Program-made: the position numbers and the translations under genes
From: a virus
Lineage: Duplodnaviria; Caudoviricetes
Direction: 5' to 3' (one strand)
IMG/VR virus record: IMGVR_UViG_3300020436_000015
Span: 1-55,142 of that record
Length of the DNA: 55,142 nucleotides
Shown: positions 9,833 to 18,495 of the stretch, in pieces
Layout of the letters: each line of letters opens with the position of its first letter
Numbering within the stretch: the first letter of the stretch is position 1
The notes under the pieces: generated by a model
Databases searched by the model: none
Seen by the model: only the letters and a program-made list of their open reading frames with translations
What the model was told of the DNA's origin: nothing

Positions 9833-11407
9833 TTATGAACTCAGGATAGAGACAGCCATTGTGACCTCTAAATCTACAGGAGTGGCTACGTTAGACACGT
9901 TTATGCCTATTTCCTGAGAGTTAGTGTTTGCCGTTACTGTCGCTGTGGTTCCGAGCGTTTGCTCGTTAATTGTTGAGCTTGCCGCAAATGTTGCTGGAGA
10001 TATTGAGGTCACCGCCGAGCCATTTACGGTTAGCTGTATGTCACAAGTTCCCGAGGCCAGCTTTACAGATATACCGTCTATGCGGACAACTTGCTTGAAG
10101 ACACGCTTCATTACCAAGTTTCCTGCTGTCAAAGTGCCAGAAAACTTTTCGTAGATGCTGTCAGTCGCCAGTGTCTCTGGCAACTGTGCAGAAGGTAGCC
10201 TTCCTGTGGCATCCAAAGTTGCCACGCCGCTTGCTACACCCTTCTGATTGACAGGTATGACCGACGTTAGGTCTACGTTGCCATACTCCAGTGCTGTGCC
10301 AGCACCGTTTACGCGAACATATTGTCCGGCGTTTGCCGTGGCAAATGTGGGCAAAGATGACTCCGGCGCTGTTCTTATCCAGCTTGTGCCGTCATAAAAC
10401 TTTAGCTGGTTAGGAGTTTGCGAACTGTCGTGCCATAAATCTCCTGTTGCTGGAGTGGATGGCGCAGACGCGGAAACCGTTAGCTTTGCTTTTGCGGCGA
10501 GCGCCGTAGGAAGACTGTCTACTTTTGCCTGCGGAATCTCGTTATTGGCTACCGACAGTTTTGCGTAGTTAATTAAGCCCGTTGCTGAATCGGTGTATGT
10601 CTCTTCAAACATCAGGCCAGTTACCGCAGTCGTAGCTGTGTTCTCTACGGTCAAGATTGTGACTAGGTTACCCGCCGGAACCGCTGTATTAAATCCAACA
10701 ATGTTCTGAGCAGGGATCGAAGTGTAGTCATTTGATGATCCTTCTCTTTGCAGTATTCCGTTTTTGTAAACCTGTAGCTTTGTGTTCTCGTCAAAAGTAA
10801 ATGGAAAGTTGGTTTGGTTAGCAGACGTAAAGGTGTCTGATCTGGTGTATCCGGTTACCGAAGTTGTGCGCACCTTGAAGATGCTCACAACATCACCCGA
10901 TGTAAGGCCAGAGTTAAATGTTACTGCGCCTGCACCAGCGGAGCCTGCGGTTGGACTAGACGTGTAGTCGTTGCTGGAACCGGGTCGCTTGAGAACGCCA
11001 CCAACGTAGACAAGAAGCTCGTCACCAGAGTCGTGGGCATAGTCCACCACGGTTTGAGCACCAGCCGCCACAGTGTCGGTGCGCCCAAAAAATATAGGTG
11101 CGCCAATCTCTCCGACTGCTTTTCCGTCTGGGCCTCGCAAAGAAGCCGCGCTAGCCAGAACAACCCAGCCGTCTTCTGTGTTTGTGTACTCTCCGACCCT
11201 GTACTTCAAGCCATCTGTAGAATCAAAGGTTATCTGGATTGGGCCATCAAAGTTGCCGCCCTCATCAAATATCTTTGCAAGAAGCTCGCCTACGGTGTTT
11301 TCGCCTAACTCTGCGGCATTGAGGTAGCGAACAACAGACTCAAACTCTGTGTTGATGTTCGTGCTACTTCCGTAGTTTTGTGGATATTGTTGGCGTAATC
11401 TAGCCAT
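9833..11407 (-). CDS. Tail fibre/tail structural protein, 524 aa
   Basis: Repeated VYxxGxL...DYT beta modules, GDLWHDS...LKFYDGTSW and GVATLDATGRLPSAQLP segments typical of phage tail fibres. Confidence 0.75.
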   Translation of the reverse strand: MARLRQQYPQNYGSSTNINTEFESVVRYLNAAELGENTVGELLAKIFDEGGNFDGPIQITFDSTDGLKYRVGEYTNTEDGWVVLASAASLRGPDGKAVGEIGAPIFFGRTDTVAAGAQTVVDYAHDSGDELLVYVGGVLKRPGSSNDYTSSPTAGSAGAGAVTFNSGLTSGDVVSIFKVRTTSVTGYTRSDTFTSANQTNFPFTFDENTKLQVYKNGILQREGSSNDYTSIPAQNIVGFNTAVPAGNLVTILTVENTATTAVTGLMFEETYTDSATGLINYAKLSVANNEIPQAKVDSLPTALAAKAKLTVSASAPSTPATGDLWHDSSQTPNQLKFYDGTSWIRTAPESSLPTFATANAGQYVRVNGAGTALEYGNVDLTSVIPVNQKGVASGVATLDATGRLPSAQLPETLATDSIYEKFSGTLTAGNLVMKRVFKQVVRIDGISVKLASGTCDIQLTVNGSAVTSISPATFAASSTINEQTLGTTATVTANTNSQEIGINVSNVATPVDLEVTMAVSILSS

Positions 11408-11410
11408 GTG

Positions 11411-12925
11411 TTAATTCCTCACGTTGACCGCGAATCCAATGATTCTAAGAAGGCCATTGCCTTCTCTGGAGCGAAACCTGTATTGTGCCGCCTTGTAACG
11501 ATGGCTCCACTTTCGCTCGTACTGCCGTGATAGTGGCACATCTTCAAAGTAATTGTCGTCCTGATCGTCGTCCACTTCAAAGACTAAACTGCCAATTTTG
11601 TGGCCTCTGTCGTCTATTGCAACCATTTCGAGTATGCCTTTGCCCGTGGCTTGCACAGTTATGCTCTCTGTCTGCTTTGTGTCATACAGACTCCCGTGCC
11701 AAAGGAATGGAGTGAGCACGTCTATCTCTGGTGTAGATGCGCCGTCCTCAAACTCTTCGGGCAACAGCACTTCGTAGACACCGCCTGATGTCCCGAATGT
11801 CATTTTGCCAGCAAGGAACGAACCGCATCTTGCCTGCAAAAAGTCCGCCGTGCTGAATTTTGGCTGTGCCTGACCCCCTTCTGGGTTCATAGACAGGGTT
11901 AGTCTAGTGCAAAGCTGGTTCGTTTGAGGAAAGAAAAGATGGTACTGGGCATTGTCTTGGTCAAAGACAGCACTAATGTCCTGCTTGTTTTGCACGCTGT
12001 TGTATAGCTCTCGATACAGCAGGTCTACCTTGTCACTCAGTGAGTACGAGTAGACGAGAATACCATTCTCCTCAGACCGCTTGATGCTGTGTATTCCAGA
12101 TCGGCTCGCAAACAAAAGGTCTGTGCCAGCGTTTTGAATAGTGTTGTGAGAGAAAGTGCCGATGTTTATGTTGGCTGACTCGTCTATTGTCCAGAGCGTA
12201 AGGTCTGGGTCTATCTTGTAGATTACCGCCCTGTCATTAGTAAATACGACCAACCTATTCTGCTCAAAAGCACCAAGTCCCGTAACCACATCTGCACTTC
12301 TAAGAAGGCTCGCTATATCAAAAAACGAAGCGCGGAGAACATCTGCGCTTGTTTCGCTTTCGTCATCTGGAAATACGTCGTCTGAGTCAACTCTGCTGAA
12401 GTGAACCTCTGTAGGTTTTGATGGTATGCCAGCTACCGCAAGCCGTCTTTGTATGGAGACGCCGAATGCTGGGCGAAGTATGTTTAGTGCCGGAGACTGA
12501 TTCAAGGCAAAGCCGGAGCCGTCGTATCTGTAGGAAGACTCTCTGGGCGCAAAAAACATAACAGATTGGTCAAAGACAGCCGAAGACACGTTTGTTCCAA
12601 GCGGATATGCGTCCTTTAGGATTTGCCCGCCACCAGATTCAGAGACAAGATTTATGGAAGCACCCGTTTCTTCTGCGTAGACAATCTCAGAAGTGTTAAA
12701 AAAATTGATGTGTTTGACCACAAACTCGCCTGTTCGCTTTTTTGCACTTGCGTCACGCACGATCTGTCCGCGCCAATCGGCAGTGCAATTCTTCATGGAA
12801 GACAGGTGTTGGTCTTTGCCAGTGTCTAAGCTGGTAACGTCTCGGCTTGTGTCTAAGCCTTGGAAGTTCTCATAGGCGAATGTTTTTACCTTTACGCCAG
12901 TAAATGATTTTGTAGTGCTTGTCAT
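11411..12925 (-). CDS. Putative tail nozzle/tail tubular protein B-like (packaged DNA stabilisation), 504 aa
   Basis: N-terminal NFQGLDT, beta-propeller-like segments (RRLAVAG...VHFSR, VTGLGAFEQNRLVVFT), and position immediately after the adaptor. Confidence 0.65.
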   Translation of the reverse strand: MTSTTKSFTGVKVKTFAYENFQGLDTSRDVTSLDTGKDQHLSSMKNCTADWRGQIVRDASAKKRTGEFVVKHINFFNTSEIVYAEETGASINLVSESGGGQILKDAYPLGTNVSSAVFDQSVMFFAPRESSYRYDGSGFALNQSPALNILRPAFGVSIQRRLAVAGIPSKPTEVHFSRVDSDDVFPDDESETSADVLRASFFDIASLLRSADVVTGLGAFEQNRLVVFTNDRAVIYKIDPDLTLWTIDESANINIGTFSHNTIQNAGTDLLFASRSGIHSIKRSEENGILVYSYSLSDKVDLLYRELYNSVQNKQDISAVFDQDNAQYHLFFPQTNQLCTRLTLSMNPEGGQAQPKFSTADFLQARCGSFLAGKMTFGTSGGVYEVLLPEEFEDGASTPEIDVLTPFLWHGSLYDTKQTESITVQATGKGILEMVAIDDRGHKIGSLVFEVDDDQDDNYFEDVPLSRQYERKWSHRYKAAQYRFRSREGNGLLRIIGFAVNVRN

Positions 12926-13830
12926 TTAGCATCCGTAACCAAGCCGTTGTAGTTGCTGGTTTTACTGCCGATAAAGTTTCTAGGGTTAGTTCCGTCATCA
13001 ACAATACGCATCTTGATATTCGTATTGCCGTTCAGAGACTCCCATAGCTTGCTGTTTAGAGTTCTAAAATAATTTGCTTGGTAAAACTGAGCCTTCTCCG
13101 ACATCTGTTGCATTGAGTAGTGGTACAAAAGACCGTTGACAATAATTATGTCCTCTATAGCCCTGCTGTCATTTTGACTGTCGTAGTAGTCAATCTCCAC
13201 AGTCAAGTCCCTGTAAGGGTGCATTCGGATGTCGTCTATGACCATGTTCGCAAACTCAATGAACATCAGCATGACATCTCCGTCTACAGTTCCGGGCGCG
13301 TAGTCTCCAAAGCGCCTGAGAGCCTGCATAGACAGCGTGCCTAGCGGAGAATACTTGTCTCTGATGTGCGGATTGGTGTCGCTAGATTCGGATGTTTTTC
13401 CAACATCCTCCTGCTTTGTCGCGTTCGCGTAAGTCCTGATTGGCTTTGTAACCCTGATGCTGTTTCCCATGCCATCGCCGTGTGCCGCGCAGTAATAGCT
13501 GAACGATCCGGGTATGGAAGAGGATGCGGGTATCTCAATAGTTGTTTGAGCGCCTGCTTGGCCAAGAGTGCCAGTGTTGGTTACGTTAGTGGTGTAAGCA
13601 ACCCCGCCTTGCTTGAAGGCTATCTGATGGCCTACGTTTGTAGAGTCGGACTGAACAAATGTATGTGTCTGCCCACGCTCTAGCTCAAGTACGGGTTTTG
13701 CAACGCCATCTATGTAGAAGACGTTAGCTCCATTATATGTAGCTACCGTGACAACAAAACTTGTTTTAGCAGTAGAACTACTTGAGGTGGTTCCCGTAGA
13801 ACTTGAACCCGAACCCGTGTGATAGGACAT
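12922..13830 (-). CDS. Putative head-tail adaptor with N-terminal cupredoxin-like domain, 302 aa
   Basis: N-terminal half has FYIDG..LELERGQTHTF..GHQIAF..YYCAAHGDGMG. C-terminal half is helical (QALRRFGD...FANMVIDDI...IVNGLLYHY), located between capsid and nozzle genes. Confidence 0.6.
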   Translation of the reverse strand: MSYHTGSGSSSTGTTSSSSTAKTSFVVTVATYNGANVFYIDGVAKPVLELERGQTHTFVQSDSTNVGHQIAFKQGGVAYTTNVTNTGTLGQAGAQTTIEIPASSSIPGSFSYYCAAHGDGMGNSIRVTKPIRTYANATKQEDVGKTSESSDTNPHIRDKYSPLGTLSMQALRRFGDYAPGTVDGDVMLMFIEFANMVIDDIRMHPYRDLTVEIDYYDSQNDSRAIEDIIIVNGLLYHYSMQQMSEKAQFYQANYFRTLNSKLWESLNGNTNIKMRIVDDGTNPRNFIGSKTSNYNGLVTDAK

Positions 13831-13832
13831 TA

Positions 13833-14171
13833 TTAGCTTCCTTTACGGACTACTCGCGCATTCTGCACAAAGTGGTTTAGCATGAAACGCTCTACATCAT
13901 CCGCTCTGACATTATATTCAAGGCGGTTGGTCTGGTAGTTTCTTACTGGGTCAATTCCCGCTACTGGGAAAGACACGGATTCCTGCTCTCGTGTTTCAAA
14001 AACAACAATCTCGTCAGAAGAAGTTTTCTTTGGAGCGGCCTTCTTCTTTGCTGGGGCTTTTTTCTTGGGTGCAGGCTGTTCGTAAGCCTCGTTTACCTCT
14101 GGGGTGGATGGGTCGTCAGCCTTGTAGTGACCCTTCTTTGTCCTAGCTCGCTTGCGCTTTGGCTCTGCCAT
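13833..14171 (-). CDS. Conserved-looking phage protein with basic N-terminus, 112 aa
   Basis: GAGG RBS, RARTKKGHYKADDPSTPEVNEAY motif and a K/A/P-rich histone-H1-like stretch. Confidence 0.8.
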   Translation of the reverse strand: MAEPKRKRARTKKGHYKADDPSTPEVNEAYEQPAPKKKAPAKKKAAPKKTSSDEIVVFETREQESVSFPVAGIDPVRNYQTNRLEYNVRADDVERFMLNHFVQNARVVRKGS

Positions 14172-14189
14172 TTGGGTTTCCTCTTTCTT

Positions 14190-14218
14190 AAATGAATAGG
14201 GGGGTGTTACCCCCCCTA
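14190..14218 (-). terminator. Hairpin/possible intrinsic terminator after the major capsid gene
   Basis: TAGGGGGG-loop-CCCCCCTA stem followed on the minus strand by TTCATTT. Confidence 0.55.
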
Positions 14219-14251
14219 CCGTTTAACTCAAGACAACAAGCCGCCTAGTTA

Positions 14252-15442
14252 TTAGGATCGGCCTGACCAGTTCTTGATGTAACTATGAACTTTGTCTTGG
14301 AGCAGTTCGAGACCACACTCACTCAGGTACTCATGTTTGATGGTGTCGGCATCAGGGGACTGACGATTCTCCAGCAGTTGAGTATCCCGACCTTCGAGGT
14401 AGCGATAAGACAGATATGGGAAGTCAACGACAACCATAGATGTCTTCATGTGCGCCAACTGACGGAACTGGGGATGCAAATGCACCATCAGGTCTCCGGC
14501 AAAGGTCTCGTATTGGGTAAGATTTACACCGTAAGTGCCTTCGATTGCTGTCGGACGCCAGCGGTTCTTACCGATTTGTTGCAGATGGTTAGCAACAGTT
14601 TCGCCAACGAAAGCGATCTTCTGCTTGGAACCAAACTTGAAGACGCTAGAGATGAGCAAGTCATCAAAGCCTTCTTCAGTCATGTTTCCAGCAGAAGCAC
14701 CACCGTAACTTGCGTAGTCAGTGGTGATGTCGGTTACGTTGGTCATGCTGTTGATAAGACCACCCGTGTAGCGGGTCGGAGCATTTGTTGAGCCGTTTGC
14801 TTCGTGCTTCTTACCGAAGAACATCGCTCGCTCAATGTCGCTCATGTGTAGCTTCAGCGCCTTCGTCATGGCTTCATCCATCTTGTCTCCAGTGCGAAGA
14901 TAGGTGGAACCAAGAGTGTTGGTCACTTGGAACGCAGTTCGGAAGATTTGCGTGTAGTTAGAAGCTACGGTTGCGTCGAAGGTGATAGCAGTAGGACTGC
15001 TCGCGCCTTCAGCCGCCGCGAAACCCGCTACGAACAGTTTTGCGCCACTGGCAATCTGGTGGGAAGTGCCACCAATGTTACGAGTTACAACCACGTTAGT
15101 TGCTGAATAATCAGCAGTTACGTGCATAACCTCGCCAGTAGTTTGGTTTACCAAGATTGCGCCACTGATCGCGTACTTGTTGTCGTCACCATTAGAAACG
15201 GGGACAGTCCCAGTTGTGGTGTCAGCAACAGCGGCACTCGTCGTTAAGACGCGCTCTGGCAGTTCGTCACGGAAGTTCTTGTACTCAGGGTCATCGGTAG
15301 ACTCTGAAGAACCCATTGAAAGAAGAGCGTTCAGCGGTGCATTGCCGTTAGGCTCAAGCAACGTGAAAAGCTCACGATAGTTCTTGGGGCGGAAGTCTGA
15401 GCTAAACTCACCTGTGCCCCTCATACCTTGAATAGCGGCCAT
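14252..15442 (-). CDS. Major capsid protein (SU10/DUF5309-like), 396 aa
   Basis: NYTQIFRTAFQVT, HMSDIERAMFFG and TRYTGGL motifs with an inserted beta domain. Strong AAGGAG RBS, directly downstream of the scaffold gene. Confidence 0.9.
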   Translation of the reverse strand: MAAIQGMRGTGEFSSDFRPKNYRELFTLLEPNGNAPLNALLSMGSSESTDDPEYKNFRDELPERVLTTSAAVADTTTGTVPVSNGDDNKYAISGAILVNQTTGEVMHVTADYSATNVVVTRNIGGTSHQIASGAKLFVAGFAAAEGASSPTAITFDATVASNYTQIFRTAFQVTNTLGSTYLRTGDKMDEAMTKALKLHMSDIERAMFFGKKHEANGSTNAPTRYTGGLINSMTNVTDITTDYASYGGASAGNMTEEGFDDLLISSVFKFGSKQKIAFVGETVANHLQQIGKNRWRPTAIEGTYGVNLTQYETFAGDLMVHLHPQFRQLAHMKTSMVVVDFPYLSYRYLEGRDTQLLENRQSPDADTIKHEYLSECGLELLQDKVHSYIKNWSGRS

Positions 15443-15557
15443 GGTTAATCTCCTTGGCTTGGAATGAAAGGATTAAGTTGTAGGCGAATTAGCGGAATGT
15501 ACCGTCGCTCATTCAGTTATGCGGCTTGGCCGTGGCGAAGCACTATTGCATTCTCTG

Positions 15558-15588
15558 AATATAAATCAAAAAAGGGGACTTTTCGTCC
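15558..15588 (-). promoter_or_regulatory. Putative late promoter GGACGAA-N18-TATATT, overlapping a hairpin
   Basis: Variant of the motif upstream of the capsid gene, embedded in the AAAAGGGGAC...GTCCCCCTTTT terminator-like hairpin after the scaffold gene. Confidence 0.55.
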
Positions 15589-15604
15589 CCCTTTTATAGA
15601 TTTT

Positions 15605-16651
15605 TTATCCAATTCCTTTTTGGCTCATTATGCCGGAAGACAGCTTGTCAAACGTGCTGTCTCCAGTAGGCTCTGCCGCACCCTGCTGGCTAGACGGAGA
15701 TGAACCCAAGCTACCTGTATAAGCCTGTCTTCGCTGAGACATCTCGCGGTAGCGATCCATTTCCTCTGAATCCATCATGTTTTTGAAGTCGGTCATCACT
15801 TTCGAAGTAAGCTGTCCGTCAACAAAGTCTTCTAGGCTATACCCCCTTTCTGCTGTAAAGATAAGAAAGTCGTTTACCTTGTCGTCAGCCAACTGAAGAG
15901 ATGCTTGCGCCCTGTTCAGATTATTGGCAATGGTTTGCTTTACCGCATCTACTTTCTGGGTGTTTGCATTGACCACGCCATCACGAGCCGCTTGCGCTAC
16001 GCCTTGGCTCTGGGCCAAAACCTGCTGTAGCTGTGCTTGCACTTGCTGTATTTGGGCCTGTAGTGCTTGATTAGATTGGCCCTGACCCACCAGCATTTCT
16101 TTGTATCCGGGCGGTAAGGTTGCGGCGTTTTCCTTCTCCCAGCTAGCAAGCATTTCGTCCATTTCTGGCTGGGGATTTTGGCCTGCTGGCGCTTGTTTTG
16201 ACTGAGAGTCTCCAGACTTCTCGCCCTTGACGTTGCCCATGGTCGGATTCGACTTACCAGCGCGGACAATGTTGTCTAGGGTTTCTGCGACCTGCGTAGG
16301 AGTCATGTTGGGGTTAGCCTTCATGATCTTGTCTACGAGGTCGTTCACGGGCTTGTACTGCGCCTGCTTGTGATTCAAGTCGCGGTATCTGTTGTAAGTA
16401 CCCACGATTTGCTTGTCTGTAAGCGAACGCATGTTCCCATCGCCAAAATCCACAGTAAACGTCGTGGACTCAGCCAGTACGTTGTCACCTTCTGTGGTTG
16501 GAGAAAGCTCCTTGGACGCGGCTTCTTGCGGCGTATCAGGTCTTTCTGCCGGAGCGGCTTGGGTTTGTTGTGGTGGGGTAGCCGGAGCGACTCCCATTTG
16601 CTTGGCGGCAATGTTGTCGATTGCGGCCATTTGCTCTTCTGGCAATGCCAT
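15605..16651 (-). CDS. Capsid scaffolding protein (putative), 348 aa
   Basis: Directly upstream of the capsid gene. Disordered N-terminus, Q-rich coiled coil and short C-terminal helix. Confidence 0.7.
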   Translation of the reverse strand: MALPEEQMAAIDNIAAKQMGVAPATPPQQTQAAPAERPDTPQEAASKELSPTTEGDNVLAESTTFTVDFGDGNMRSLTDKQIVGTYNRYRDLNHKQAQYKPVNDLVDKIMKANPNMTPTQVAETLDNIVRAGKSNPTMGNVKGEKSGDSQSKQAPAGQNPQPEMDEMLASWEKENAATLPPGYKEMLVGQGQSNQALQAQIQQVQAQLQQVLAQSQGVAQAARDGVVNANTQKVDAVKQTIANNLNRAQASLQLADDKVNDFLIFTAERGYSLEDFVDGQLTSKVMTDFKNMMDSEEMDRYREMSQRRQAYTGSLGSSPSSQQGAAEPTGDSTFDKLSSGIMSQKGIG

Positions 16652-16682
16652 TTTGATCTCCTATCGAAGCCGTAGCGTCGAG

Positions 16683-16949
16683 TTAGTCTTCAGTAAATGG
16701 GTCTGTTGACCCTCCTAATGCGACCTCAGACTCCAGTTGAGCACGCACTTTTACGGGCAACTCTCTGCAACGAGCCGCCGCCCATATAGCCCCACGACGA
16801 AAATTTATCTCGTCTAGCTCCATCTTGGGGGATTCTGCAATCAGCATTGCCGCCTGCAAAATCTCATCTTCCATGATCTTGTTGAGGTGTTGCCACCCCG
16901 GCGAGTTCTCTAAGTCGATGATTTCTTTCAGCTTCTTAGATGCACTCAT
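16683..16949 (-). CDS. Small head-module protein (Bbp19-like), 88 aa
   Basis: LENSPGWQHL...EINFRRGAIWA pattern, typical of the small gene preceding the scaffold. Confidence 0.65.
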   Translation of the reverse strand: MSASKKLKEIIDLENSPGWQHLNKIMEDEILQAAMLIAESPKMELDEINFRRGAIWAAARCRELPVKVRAQLESEVALGGSTDPFTED

Positions 16950-17170
16950 TTTTTCTTCTTCCAGCTTATACGCTTGCTGGAAGTTTTCTTGCTAGCCGCG
17001 CTCGTACATTGAGCTTTTGTCGGGCGGCAAGCAGGGTAAGACTTGCGCTTCTCGCCCTTTTGGCGTCCACACGGCTTACCTGTCTTGCAGTCTATCCAGC
17101 CTTTCCCATTGTTCTGGGAGAACCACTTTTTTAGGCTGTTACTGCCGCTACTTTTTCTTTTTGCTGGCAC
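16946..17170 (-). CDS. Small basic Cys-containing protein (DUF5872-like), 74 aa
   Basis: LKKWF...WIDCKTGKPCGR..YPACRP motif, K/R-rich. Confidence 0.7.
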   Translation of the reverse strand: MPAKRKSSGSNSLKKWFSQNNGKGWIDCKTGKPCGRQKGEKRKSYPACRPTKAQCTSAASKKTSSKRISWKKKK

Positions 17171-17327
17171 TCTTGTTGCCCCAGTTCTTAGCGCCGACCT
17201 TTCGACACTTAACTAATGCACCACTCGCATACGCCGAAGGCCAGACTTTATATCTGGCCTTTACCTTGCTGTAGCAAGCGTCCTTCTTGCCTTTTGACTT
17301 GGACTTACTTTTGCTTTTTCCTGCCAC
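17148..17327 (-). CDS. Small basic protein, 59 aa (not in ORF track)
   Basis: GTG start; MAGKSKSKSKSKGKKDACYSKVKARYKVWPSAYASGALVKCRKVGAKNWGNKSASKKKK. Confidence 0.7.
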   Translation of the reverse strand: MAGKSKSKSKSKGKKDACYSKVKARYKVWPSAYASGALVKCRKVGAKNWGNKSASKKKK

Positions 17328-17421
17328 GCCTTAACCCCTTAAAGTCAGCGCCAGTGATCTTGTTCTTTGGCTTAGCGACTCTAGCTATTCTCTGTTGCTT
17401 TGGTGTCAGTTTCTTTGCCAT
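17305..17421 (-). CDS. Small basic protein, 38 aa (not in ORF track)
   Basis: MAKKLTPKQQRIARVAKPKNKITGADFKGLRRGRKKQK, TAATG-coupled to the upstream ORF. Confidence 0.7.
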   Translation of the reverse strand: MAKKLTPKQQRIARVAKPKNKITGADFKGLRRGRKKQK

Positions 17422-17537
17422 TACCTTTTTCCACCCTTTTTTGCAGGCACTCGCTTCTTGGTACACGGACAATCGTTGTGCTTCATGTTACCAGTTTGAG
17501 TGCGGCGTCCAAGCGCCTTGATAGATTTTGTCTTCAT
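17421..17537 (-). CDS. Small basic protein, 38 aa (not in ORF track)
   Basis: MKTKSIKALGRRTQTGNMKHNDCPCTKKRVPAKKGGKR, with ATGA overlap upstream and TAATG downstream. Confidence 0.6.
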   Translation of the reverse strand: MKTKSIKALGRRTQTGNMKHNDCPCTKKRVPAKKGGKR

Positions 17538-17788
17538 TTCATTGACTTCGCGCCCTTACACTTCCAGCGTTTGCGGCTGAGATTGTTAGGCGTGTTGGGA
17601 TCGTTTTGCTTTTTCTTGGACAGGCGCTTCTTGATACCAAGAGAGCGTGCGCAATAAGAGTCGCCCTTGGACGTGCCGGGCTTGACTCGTGGGCCACCGC
17701 CTTTCGCCTTGCCTGCTTGCCCGTAACTAACGCGCTTGCCGGACTTGGTTACTTTGACTTTGGCCTTGCCCTTGCGGGGCTTAGCCAT
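17534..17788 (-). CDS. Small basic protein (DUF6321-like), 84 aa
   Basis: VSYGQAG...SYCARSLG...DPNTPNNLSRKRWKC motif, TAATG coupling. Confidence 0.75.
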   Translation of the reverse strand: MAKPRKGKAKVKVTKSGKRVSYGQAGKAKGGGPRVKPGTSKGDSYCARSLGIKKRLSKKKQNDPNTPNNLSRKRWKCKGAKSMK

Positions 17789-17901
17789 TACTTCTTCATG
17801 CCTCGCGGCTTGGTGCGCTTCTTAACCGTGCCAAAGGCAGGCTTGTGCGCTCGATCAGCAATGGATTTGGCTGTCTTTCTGGATTTCTTACGGCCTTTCA
17901 T
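17788..17901 (-). CDS. Small basic protein, 37 aa (not in ORF track)
   Basis: MKGRKKSRKTAKSIADRAHKPAFGTVKKRTKPRGMKK, TAATG-coupled on both sides. Confidence 0.6.
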   Translation of the reverse strand: MKGRKKSRKTAKSIADRAHKPAFGTVKKRTKPRGMKK

Positions 17902-18176
17902 TATTTACCGCTCCCTATCTGGGTCATAAAAAAACTACCTGCCGCAAAGGATACTATGGCCAATGCGATTAGCTTACCGAATGTTACAAGCATTCCTTTT
18001 TTTACAGCGCGATAGGCTTCGAGTAATTGCCTAAGCTCGTAAACATCTTTCTGGGCAGACTCGTCGTCTAGTCCCAGATCGTTTAAGGCTTGCTTTGCAC
18101 CTTTTCTGGCAGACTTGAGGATGATCTCTTCAAGCTCTGCCATTGATATTGAAAGCAGTTCTGACACTGATACCAC
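17901..18176 (-). CDS. Small membrane protein (DUF6127-like, possibly holin-like), 91 aa
   Basis: ARKGAKQALNDLGL..DVYELRQLLEAYR followed by a C-terminal hydrophobic helix. Confidence 0.6.
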   Translation of the reverse strand: MVSVSELLSISMAELEEIILKSARKGAKQALNDLGLDDESAQKDVYELRQLLEAYRAVKKGMLVTFGKLIALAIVSFAAGSFFMTQIGSGK

Positions 18177-18186
18177 CCCCTAGTGG

Positions 18187-18480
18187 TTAGGGAGCGGTTG
18201 GCCAATCGGCGTCTTCTAGGTTGGGCCAGTTCTCGTGAGTCGGCAAGTCTCGTAGCGCAGTTCGGTACGTCTTTATTGCGTCAGCAACGGCTAACCCTGC
18301 TTCAGTGGCCTTGGTGACTTCCCAATCTGTCTGCGCAAGAAGCGCATCACGCCGACTGCGATTTCCTTTTGCAAGGTCTGCACTCTTATCCGCATCGCTG
18401 GGCAGTTGAGACGTATACGCGGCCTCTTCTTCCGCGCTCATTGGAATACGTTCGCCAGCTTCCCATTTATAAGTAGGCAT
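18187..18480 (-). CDS. Tail fibre assembly chaperone, 97 aa
   Basis: RSRRDALLAQTDW...YRTALRDLP...WPTAP signature, immediately after a fibre gene. Confidence 0.85.
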   Translation of the reverse strand: MPTYKWEAGERIPMSAEEEAAYTSQLPSDADKSADLAKGNRSRRDALLAQTDWEVTKATEAGLAVADAIKTYRTALRDLPTHENWPNLEDADWPTAP

Positions 18481-18495
18481 ATCTAAATACTCCTA

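Noticed and set aside
9349-11563. Additional GGACGAC matches inside genes (e.g. 9349, about 11555; also 1683, 39098, 53574)
   Set aside because: Mid-gene and explained by Asp-Asp codons. The copy checked at 9349 has no -10 at the right spacing. The scan was not exhaustive.
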